A stretch of DNA of 64,000 nucleotides from an uncultured Acidimicrobiia bacterium (lineage in GTDB: Bacteria > Actinomycetota > Acidimicrobiia > Spongiisociales > Spongiisociaceae): NCBI GenBank assembly GCA_958295745.1, contig OY282370.1, forward strand, positions 1,031,990 to 1,095,989, read 5' to 3'. The position numbers and the translations under genes are program-made. Under the pieces are notes generated by a model. It was not told the DNA's origin. It searched no databases and was given only the letters and a program-made list of their open reading frames with translations. Position 1 is the stretch's first letter; each line of letters starts with the position of its first letter. This document shows positions 30,060 to 40,900 of this stretch, one piece after another.

Positions 30060-31328
30060 ATGGAGCAACGGAAATATGACTCTAGCCCGATCGGGGCGCT
30101 GCGGGAGGCCTGCCGGCGCGCCGAAGCCGCGGTGGCCTCCCTCAACACCGCGGGGGTGGGTGAGGACCTGTCCGTGGAGGAGTTGGAAGAGCTGGCGGTG
30201 GCGGTGAGGCGGGTCAAGGCCGGGATTGCGGTGTTCGAGTGTTCCTTGACGGGGCGGCTGACCCGGCTGCGGGGTCGGGCGGGCGCGGCCGGGGTGCTGC
30301 GCGACCGGCTGGGTATGACCGGCTACCAGGCCGACCGGATGACCAGGCTGTCCGAGGCGTTGGAGGAGATGCCCAACACCCGGGCCCGGCTCGCCGACGG
30401 GAGCATCACCCTGGCGCATCTCAACACCTTGGCCCGCACCGCCCGGGAATGCGGCGCCCGGGAGGTCGATCAGGACCGGGATCTGCTGGACCGTGCGGCC
30501 CGGACGCCGCCCGACCGGTTCAGCCGCCAGGCCCGGATGTGGGCCGACCGGCGCGCCGCCGACCGGGGCGAGAAGCTGCTGGAGACGCAGCGTTCCCGCC
30601 GTAGAGCGTTCGCCTTCTGGAGCCGGCGCAAACAGATGGGCGTCCTCCACGCCGAACTCGACCCGATACGGTTCGGGCAGATCCGCCAAGCGCTCGATCT
30701 TCACAACGACGCTCTGCGCCGCGCCGACTCGGGACGGGGCGTCCCGCCCGACGAGGTTCGCAACAACGACCAGCGCCGCGCCGACGCCCTGTTCGAGCTG
30801 ATGACCGGCCGTGACGCCGGCGCACTCCACCCCAAACCCGGCATGGCCGGCAAACCGTCCACCAAGCTGATCATCACCGCCGAAGTCGGCCTCATCGACG
30901 GAACCGACCCCGACGGCGCCTGTGAAATCGTCGACACCGGACCCGTGCCCCCGTCGGTTCTCGAACAGCTCTCCCCCGACACCGAGATCAGCGGCGCCCT
31001 GTTCGACCGGAAAGGCAACCCGCTGTGGCTGGGCCGAAGCCGGCGCCTCGCCGCCGCATCCCAGCGCCTCGCCGCCGCCGTCCGCGACCGGGGATGCGTC
31101 TTGTGCGACGCCCCCACCCACCTGACCCAGCTCCACCACATCCGGGACTGGGGCCGCGGCGGGCGCACCGACATCGACAACCTCGCCTCGGTCTGCGGAC
31201 CGGACCACCGCCGCCTCCAGAACCACGGCCTTCGACTCGTCAATACCCCAGGCGGATGGACCACCCGGCCCGGAGACGGACCGCCCGCACCCGCCCTGAC
31301 CGGCCGCCCGGCGAGCAGGCCGCCGTAA
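30060..31328 (+). CDS. DUF222 domain HNH endonuclease
   Basis: G.ITL.H, QRRADAL, PLWLGRSRRLA...QR, RDRGCVLC, HHIRDW..GG.TD.DNL..VC..DH. Confidence 0.9.
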   Translation: MEQRKYDSSPIGALREACRRAEAAVASLNTAGVGEDLSVEELEELAVAVRRVKAGIAVFECSLTGRLTRLRGRAGAAGVLRDRLGMTGYQADRMTRLSEALEEMPNTRARLADGSITLAHLNTLARTARECGAREVDQDRDLLDRAARTPPDRFSRQARMWADRRAADRGEKLLETQRSRRRAFAFWSRRKQMGVLHAELDPIRFGQIRQALDLHNDALRRADSGRGVPPDEVRNNDQRRADALFELMTGRDAGALHPKPGMAGKPSTKLIITAEVGLIDGTDPDGACEIVDTGPVPPSVLEQLSPDTEISGALFDRKGNPLWLGRSRRLAAASQRLAAAVRDRGCVLCDAPTHLTQLHHIRDWGRGGRTDIDNLASVCGPDHRRLQNHGLRLVNTPGGWTTRPGDGPPAPALTGRPASRPP

Positions 31329-31400
31329 ACAACCGGCCGGGAAGCCGTACAACAAGGGAGCGCAAGCCGACATGTCACAGCCCCTCGATACGGTTACAGA

Positions 31401-31807
31401 CACAGACAACAAACATCACCGCAAAGTCCGCGGAACGCGGTGATCGAACAGCGAGTCCGGCCCGCAACCCCGCCGGGGGAACCGGGGCCGGGCGAGCAAC
31501 AAGCCAAAACCGAAAACCCAGACCGGGAACCGGGACAGGCCGCCGCGCCCGCCCCGCCCTGAGACCTTGGTGGTGGAGGCGGGGGCGGGCCCTGGGCGAA
31601 GCCCGAAACGCGCCCGAAAAGTCGCGAAAAACGGCGGGATAGCGGCGGCTGGCGGGGGTCGGGATATACAACCATGGGGCAGTCGGGATAACGAGGGTGA
31701 GCGGGAAACACAACCGAGGGGCGAGCGGGATAACAAGGAGCGAGCGGGAAACACAACCATGGGGCGGGCGGGAAACACAACTGACTCTCTCGCCTAGACC
31801 GAGATGG
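31401..31807 (+). ncRNA. Candidate structured ncRNA (copy 2) downstream of the HNH gene
   Basis: Preceded by TGTCAC-N10-TACGGT (31373-31394); same stems as copy 1. Confidence 0.45.
31661..31785 (+). repeat. Degenerate 18-24 bp tandem array (GGGAAACACAACC.../GGGATAAC...)
   Basis: Six units beginning GGGA(T/A)A; the copy at 26.8 kb has only one or two. Confidence 0.75.
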
Positions 31808-31917
31808 GGATCGGTTGAGTCCAGGGTCGTGGTGTAACGGGGGCGTGGTGAACTGTACCGGGTTCGGTGCAGGTTGGGGTTGCTCGGGTGGGTTGGGAAG
31901 GGTTGGGGGACGTGCTG

Positions 31918-34900
31918 TTACAGGGTTAGCTTGGCTCTTATGGTGGTGTCGTCCAGGGTGGTGTTTAGGGCGTCCTGCCAGGCCCAGACTGTGGTTCCTC
32001 GCCTGTAGGCGGTGGATGATCTTAGGTCGCCGTTTGTGTCGGTTACGGGATCGCTGCTGTCGATCATGCAGGCTTGGGTGCCGGGGCCTGTCTTGCTGAC
32101 CCGGCCTGAGGCGCAGGTTCCGTCGTCGGCGAAGGCGGCGTCTTGGTCGGCGGCGGTGAACAGGTCTACACGGGCGGACCTCACTGGGGCGAAGCCTTCG
32201 GCCCGCACCGATACGACCACGTCTACTTGGCCGCCTTGGAGGGAGGAGGGGTCGGCCTGGATGCTCACCCCGATGGGGCGGGCGATGGTGTGGGAGAGCA
32301 TGCGGGCTATGAACTGGGCCATCTGGGCCCGGGTGACCTTGGCCGCCGGTTTGAAAGCAACCGCTGAGGAACCCCTGGTTACGCCCATCTCGAATATCCG
32401 CCTTATCGCCAGCTGCTCCCGCTCCGAGAGGTCGCCGACATCTTCGAACAGGGTCGGGTCGGGTTCCACGCTGTCCCTGGCGACGCCTCCCTCGCCTACC
32501 GTCACCAGCCCCAGGAAAGCGTCGAGCATGAGGGCCATGTCGGCCCGCGAGATCTCGCCGTGCGGATCGAACTTGTCGCCCCGGCCCGGCATGATTCCCA
32601 GCTGCGCCACCATGTTCATCGCTTCGCGGTCCCGCTCCGACCGGTTGGCTATGTCTACGAATCCCTGATCCTGGGGGGCGGGCAGGGTGATACCCGCCGG
32701 AATCGCCGCCCGGTACAGGAACAGGGCCATCTGCCAGCGGGGGACGATCTCTTCGGGGGCGTATCTGGTGGGGGTCCGCCCCAGGGTGATGCCGTAATAC
32801 CCGATGCAGTTGATGTCCTGCTCGGAGAACCAGCCTGCCACGTCCTGGAAGCCGTACCGCCTCAAAGCCTGACCCACGCAAGCCGTCATCGCAGGCAGGT
32901 CGTCGGCGAACCCGGGCCCGGTACCCCTGCCCACGGCTACCTGATAGGTGCGGGTGGTTATCTTGTCCTCGGCGGTGACCAGCAACGATATGGTCGCCTC
33001 GCCGGTCCCGACCGAGACGTTGTGGCTGCCCGTCGCGATCTTCCCGCCGATCCTGACCGTCGCCTTCGGATGGTTGGGCACCGCCCTCACCTGCACCGTC
33101 CAGACCCTGTTGGAGACCGTGGTCGCGTAGGAAAGCGTGTCCGACGCGAAGACCGGGCTCAACACGCCAGGGGCGATCGCCAGACTCCGCAGGCTCGCAT
33201 CCGTAGATGCTTCCTCCTGTGGCTTTTTGGGATCTTCAGGAGGCGGAGGCCCAGGCGGCTCAGGCGGAGGCGGAGGACCAGGAGGATCAGGCGGAGACGG
33301 AGGATCAGGAGGATCAGGCGGCGACGGCGGATCTTCCGTAGGCGGCGGAGGAGGCTCTTGCGTGGTGACGTCTTTGATCGTCACGCTGGCGTCGCGAACT
33401 TCGAACTTGCCGCCCACGTCGGTGCCGGCGATGCGGATCGACTCGTCGCGCTCGGTCTCCGAGTCCTGGCTGGCTGTCAACTTGAAGGTCCCGGCGGCTT
33501 GCTGGCTCTCCTTGTTGATGGTCACCGTGAAGGTCGACTTGTCCACCTGATAATCGCTCGACATGGCGGTGCCGTCGGCCACCTGTATCTGCACCATCGT
33601 GTTGGCCGCCCACTTGGGACCGTTGCCGAAGGAGGCGGTAACGGTAACCGTCTGGGCGCTGTCCCCCTCGTTCACGGAGCTGCGGTCCGCGCTCAGCAGA
33701 ATTGCGTTCGGGTCGGGGTCGGTGTCTTTGATGTTGACCAGCAACGGGTCGTTGAAAGTGAACTCGGCGGCGGTTCCGGTTACCTTGACCTTGTCGTTCT
33801 CCCCGGCGATGTCGTCGTCCTTGGCGGTCAGAGTGAACGACTCCTGCTTGGAGTTCTCGCCCGCCGGGATGACGATGGTGAAATTGGTCGGGTTGGCCGT
33901 GTAGTCGGTGGCCTGGGTGGACCCTTCGGCGGTGACCTCAACCAATACCGTCACCGGTTCCGTCAGCACCTTGTTATCGGGGAAGGCGGCCGTGATCGTG
34001 ATCGTTTCGATCGTCCCTTCGGAGACCTCGGAATCGTCCGAGCTCAGGTTGATCTTCGTGGGGCGCGCGTCCCCGTCGGTGATCGTCAACGATGTGGGAT
34101 TCACCGTGACCTCCGCCGCCGCCGTGATCGAACCCGTGATCTGCAACGCTTCCGTCTCATCTGCAACGTTGTCGTCCGTCGTGGACAGCATGAACGTCCC
34201 CGACCCCGACGATCCACCCTCCGCGATCACCACATCGAACGTCTCACCACCGACCGGAATCGAATAATCCTCGGCCTGCGCCGTACCCGCACCCACCGAC
34301 ACCGACACCGACGTTTCCGCCTCGACGACACCGCCCATCGGCGCCGTCGCGGTAACCGTCACCGTCCGGTTCGACACCCCCTCATCGATCGAGGTCTGAT
34401 CCCCCGACGTTCCGCTGTCGGCGTCCACGGACAGGTCGATGGTTCCACCGCCGATGATGGTCAACGAAGCCTCGTTGACCGTGAACCCGGTGGCCGTACC
34501 CGTGATCTGCAACGCGTCCGCCTCGGCCACCATATTGTCGGTATAGGTCGTCAGTGTGAAGGTCGCCGAATTCGACCCATCACCCGCTGCGATCACCACA
34601 TCGAAAGTCTCCTGGCCCGACGGAATCGAATAATCCGACCCCTCCGCCGTACCCGCACCCACCGACACCCGAACCGTCGTATTCGACTCCACCGTTCCAC
34701 CCCCGGACACCTTCGCCGTAACCGTCACCGTCCGTCCCGACACCCCTTCGCCGAGCGAGGTCTGATCCTCGTCCGTGCTGCTGTCGGCATCAACCGACAG
34801 ATCGATGGTGGAGTCGGAATCGGTGATCTCGAGCGATGCTGGGCTGACAGTGAGTCCATCCGCGGTGGTGGTACCGCTGATCGACAACACATCCGTCTCG

Positions 34901-37900
34901 CCCGCCACGGTGTCATCCACCGTGTTCAAAGTGAACGTACCCGACTTCGACCCCGCATCCGCCGCGATCGTCACATCGAACGACTCATCACCGGCCGGGA
35001 TCGAATAATCCGACGACTCCGCCGAACCCGCACCCACACTGACCGATATGGTCGTGTCCGACTCCACCGTCCCACCGCCGGATACCGAGGCCGTAACCCT
35101 CACTGTGTTGTTCTCCCCCTCGCCGATCGTGTTCTCCACCTCGGCCGTGGTGCTGTCGGCGTCTACCGACAGCGTGATCGTTCCGGTGTCGGTGATCGTC
35201 AATGACGCCTCGTTGACCGTGAACCCGGTGGCTGTACCTGTGATCTCCAACGCGTCCGCCTCAGCCACCACCGTGTCGGTGATGGTGGTGATCGGGAACG
35301 TACCCGACTTCGACCTCGTACCCGCCGCGATCACCACATCGAAGGTCTCCTGGCCCGACGGGATCGAATAATCCCCCACCTCCGCCGTACCCGCCCCCAC
35401 CGACACCGCCACCGTCGTCTCCGCCTCCACGGTCAAGGACCCGGCCACGGTCGCGGTGACCTTAACCGTCTGGTTGGTCTCCCCCTCGTCGATCGAGGTC
35501 TCCACCTCGGCCGTGGTGCTGTCGGCGTCCGCCGATAGGTCGATAGCCGCCGTATCGGAGTCGTCGATCGTGAGCGAGGCCGAGTTGATCGTCAACCCCG
35601 GCGCGGTGGTGGTACCGCTGATCGACAGGGCGTCCGTCTCCGCCACCACGTCGTCGTTGAGCGTATTCAGAGTGAACGTCCCCGACTCCGACGACGACTC
35701 CCCTGCCGCGATGACCACATCGAACGTTTCCTCACCGTCCGGGATCGAATAATCGGACGACTCCGCCGTATCCGCCCCCACGCTGACCGATATGGTCGTG
35801 TCCGCCTCCACCGTCGCGGGGCCGGGCACCGTTGCCTTCACCGTTACCGTCCGGCCCGATATCCCCTCTCCGATCGAGGTCTGATCCCCCGAGGTTCCGC
35901 CGTCGGCGTCCACCGACAGATCCACCGTCCCCGAATCCGTGATCATCAATGACGCCTCGGTGACATCGAACCCCATAGCATTACCCGTGATCGACAACAC
36001 GTCCGTCTCGGCCACCACGCTGTCCGTGTTGGTGGTCAACTCGAACGTCCCCGTCCCCGACGACTCCCCCGCCGCGATGACCACATCGAACGTCTCATCA
36101 CCGGCCGGGATCGAATAATCCGACGCCTCCGCCGTACCCGCCCCCACCGACACCGACACCGTCGTCTCCGACTCCACCGTCCCCCCGCCGGGCACTGCCG
36201 CGGTAACCGTCACCGTCCGGCCCGATATCCCCTCGCCTATCGAGTCCTGCGCCCCGTCCGTGGTGCTGTCGGCGTCCACCGACAGGTCGACCGTGTTCGA
36301 ATCGACGATGGTCAACGACTTCCCATTGACTGTGAAACCCGAAGCCGTACCGCTGATGTTCAGGGCGTCGTTCTCCGATATCACACTGTCGGTGTTGGTG
36401 GTCAACGTGAACGTCCCCGACTTCGACCCCGTGCCCGCCGCGATCACCAGATCAAACGTTTCCTCACCCGCCGGGATCGAATAATCATCCGCCTCCGCCG
36501 TGCCCGCCCCCACCGACACCGACACCGTGGTGCCCGCCTCCACGGTCAAGGACCCGGCCACGGTTGCGGTGACCGTCACCGTCCGGTTCGATATACCCTC
36601 GGCCATCCTGTCCTGATCACCCGGGGCGCCGCTGTCTACATCCACCGACAGGTCGATGGTCGCGGCATCTGAGTCGCTCAACGTCAGCGAGGCCTGCCCG
36701 ACCGTGATCCCCGCCGCCGTGGTAGTACCGCTGATCGACAGGGCGTCCGTCTCCGCCACCACGTCGTCGTCGAGCGTATTCAGAGTGAACGTCCCGGCCT
36801 TCGTCGATCCGCCTGCCGCTATCACCAGATCGAAGGACTCCTCGCCCACCGGGATCGAGTAATCGGACGCTTCTGCGGTACCCCGCCCCACCGACACCGT
36901 AACCGTCGTCTCCGTCTCCGCCGTCCCCCCGCCGGCCACCGTCGCCGTAACCGTCACCGACCGGTTCGACACACCCTCCCCGATCGTGGTCTGGACGCCG
37001 GAAGCACTGTCGGCGTCCACCGACAGATCTACCGTCCCCGAATCGCTGATCGTCAGCGACGCCCCGTTGACCGTGAATCCCGCTACCGCACCCGTGATCG
37101 ACAGAGCATCGACCTCGGATATCACGGTGTCCGTGTTGGTGGTCAAAGTGAAGGTGGCCGAACCACTGGGCGCGCCCGCCGCGATCGTCACATCGAACGA
37201 CTCCTCACCGGCCGGGATCGAATAATCGGACGACTCCGCCGTACCCGCCCCCACCGTGACGCTCACCGTGGTCTCCGCTTCCGCCGTCCCCCCGCCGGGT
37301 ACGGAGGCGGTAACCGTCACCGACCGGTTCGACACCCCCTCCCCGATCGAAGTCTGATCCCCCGTCTCGCCGCTGTCCACCGACAGACCGATCGTCTTGT
37401 CCGAATCGTCGATCCCCAGCGACACCGAGCCGATCGTGAGCCCCGACAAGGAACTCGAACCGCTGATCGACAAAGCATCCGTCTCGGCCAACACCTTGTC
37501 GTCCGTCGTGGACAGCGGGAAAGTACCCGACCCCGACGTCCCGCCCGCCGCGATCGTCACATCGAACGACTCCTGACCCGAAGGAATGGAATAATCCTCG
37601 GACTCCGCCGTCCCCGCGCCCACCGACACCGTAATCGTCGTGTTCGCCTCCACCGTGTCCCCGCCGGTCACCGTCGCGGTAACCGTCACCGACCGGTTCG
37701 TCACTCCCTCATCGACCGAAGTCTGATCCCCGGGCTTGCTGCCGTCCGCGTCCACCGACAGATCCACCGTCCCCGAATCGTCGATCGTCAAAGAAGCCGA
37801 ATTGATCGTGAAACCGGATGCGGTGGTAGTACCCGTGATGGACAGCGCGTCCACCTCCGCCGTCACACTGTCGGTGTAGGTAGTGATCGTGAACGTCCCC

Positions 37901-40900
37901 GAACCGCTGGACGAACCCGCCGCGATCGTTACATCGAAGGTCTCCTCACCGGCCGGGATCGAATAATCGGACGCCTCCGCCGTACCCGCCCCAACGGACA
38001 CCGCAATAACCGTATCCGCATCGAGGGTGCCGCCGCCGTTGACCGCCGCGGTAACCGTCACTTCCCGGTTTGTTATACCCTCGGCCAGCGAGGTCTGCCG
38101 GCCCGCCGCAGGATCCGCATCCACGACCAAATCGACCGTAACCGGCGACCCCCGCGACACAGTATTTGTCGACGTATCCGTGATCGACACCGCCGCCGAA
38201 TTGATCGTATAACCCGCCAACACCCCGCCGGCCACCACGACCGCCTCGTTCTCACCGTTCACGCTGTCGGACTCCGCAACCAGCGTGAACGAACTCGTAC
38301 CGCTTTCCTGACCGGCGGCTATCGCCACGTTGAAACTCGAAGGCGTCGCCGAATAATCCGCAGACCCGTCCGTGGAACCGTCCTGGATCACCACCGGCAC
38401 CGACAACGCCGTGCTCTCCAGCACCAGCGGACCCCCCAGCGTGGCCGTAACCGTAACCGTCTCGCTCCGACCCTCCACCACGCTGCCCTTGTCCACACTC
38501 AAATCAACCGTGTCCGCCGTATCCTCGTCATCGATGGTCAACGAGGCCCCGTTCACCGTCAACGAACCCGACACACCGCCGATCGCCAACACATCCGACT
38601 CACCCGCCACACTGTCATCCACCGTAGACAAAGTGAACGAACCCGACTTGCTGTTGGTACCCGCCGCGATCGCCAGATCGAACGAATCCTGACCTGGCTG
38701 AATCGAGTAGTCGTCGGCCTCTGCCGTGCCCGCCTCCACCGTGACGGCCACCGTGATGGCGGCCTCGACCGTCAACGAATCCGCCACCGTCGCCGTCACC
38801 TCCACCGACCGGCCCAACACACCCTCACCGATTGAAGTCTGAGGACCTGGCGTTCCGCTGTCGGCGTCTACCGACAAATCGATCACCGCCGTGTCGTCAT
38901 CGGAGATCGTAAGAGTCGCAGAGCCGACCGACACCCCCGTCGTAGTAGTGGTACCCGTGATCTCCAAGGCGTCCGCCTCGTTCACCACATCGTCATCCTG
39001 CGTATTCAACGTGAACGTCGCCGACCCCGACGACGCCCCAGCCGCGATCGTCACATCGAAGGATTCCTGGCCGGACGGAATCGAATAATCCTCAGCCTCC
39101 GCCGTGCCCGCCCCCACCGACACCGACACCGTGGTCTCCGTCTCTGCCGTGCCCCCGCCGGCCACCGCCGCGGTTACCGTCACCGTCCGGTTCGACACAC
39201 CCTCACCGATCGAGGTCTGGGCACCGGAAGCACTGTCCGCGTCCACCGACAAACCGATAGTTCCGGTGTCGGCGATCGTCAACGACGCCCCGTTCACCGT
39301 GAACCCCGCAACCGAACCGCTGATGGCCAGAGCATCGACCTCGGATATCACGCTGTCCGAGTTGGTGGTGAGCGTGAACGTGTCCGACCCCGACGACGAC
39401 CCATCACCCGCCGCGATCGTCACATCGAAGGTCTCCTGACCGGACGGAATCGAATAATCCCCCGTCTCCGCCGTGCCCGCCCCCACCGTGACGGCCACCG
39501 TGGTGTCGGCCTCTACCGTCAACGAACCCGCCACCGTCGCCGTCACCGACACCGACCGACCCGACACATCCTCACCCAACGAAGTCGGAGACACCGACAA
39601 ACCGATCACCGCCGCGTCGTCATCGGAGATCGTCAACGACGCCCCGTTGACCGTGAACCCGGTAGCTGTACCACTGACCGCCAAGGCGTCCACCTCGGCA
39701 ACCACGGTGTCGTCCACCGTATTCAGAGTGAACGTCCCCGACTTGGAATCCGTACCCGCCGCAATCGTCACATCAAAGGTCTCCTGACCGGACGGAATCG
39801 AATAATCCCCCGTCTCCGCCGTGCCCGCCCCCACCGTGACGGCCACCGTGACGGCGTTCTCCACCATCAACGAACCCGCCACCGTGGCCGTCACCGACAC
39901 CGACCGACCCGACACACCCTCACCCAACGAAGTCTGAACCCCGGAAGCACTGTCGGCATCCACCGACAAACCGATCACCGCCGCGTCGTCATCGGAGATC
40001 GTCAACGACGCCCCGTTCACCGTCAACGAACCCGACACACCGCTGATCGCCAACACATCCGCCTCGTTCACCACACTGTCATCCAACGTGTTCAGAGTGA
40101 ACGTGCCTGACCCCGACGAAGCCCCCGCCGCAATCGTCACATCGAAGGTCTCCTGACCGGACGGAATCGAATAATCCTCCGACTCCGCCGTGCCCGCCCC
40201 CACTGACACCCTCACCGTCGTCTCCGTCTCTGCCGTGCCCCCGCCGGCCACTGTCGCCGTCACCGTCACCGTCCGGTTCGACACATCCTCACCGATCGTG
40301 GTCTGGGTGCCGGAAGCACTGTCCGCATCCACCGACAAACCGATGGTTCCGGTGTCGGCGATCGTCAACGAAGCCCCGTTCACCGTGAACCCGGTGGCTG
40401 TACCACTGATGGCCAGAGCATCGACCTCGGAAATCACACTGTCGGTATTGGTAGTCAGCGTGAACGTGTTCGACCCCGACGACGACCCAGCCGAAATCAC
40501 CACATCGAAGGTCTCCTGGCTGGACGGAATCGAATAATCGCCTGACTCTGCGGTGCCCGCCCCCACCGTAACGGCCACCGTGGTATCGGTCTCCATAGTC
40601 GTCGAGCCCGCCAACGTCGCAGTAACCGTCACCGACCGGTTCGCCTCCCCCTCATCAACCGAAGTCGGAGACACCGACAAACCGATCGCCGGAGCGCTGT
40701 CCCCATCGGTAATCGTCAACGAAGCCCCGTTCACCGTCAACGAACCCGACACACCACTGATCGCCAACACATCCGACTCGCCCGCCACACTGTCAGAATT
40801 GGTAGTCAACGAGAACGTCCCAGCTTTGGAGCCCGTACCCGCCGCGATCGTCACATCGAACGACTCCTGGCCCGACGGAATCGAATAATCACCTGACTCC

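Larger units (their letters stand above)
29985..31807 (+). mobile_element. Full-length DUF222-HNH (REP13E12-like) element with conserved non-coding ends
   Basis: Boundaries defined by homology to the ORF-less copy at 26398-26866. Confidence 0.75.
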
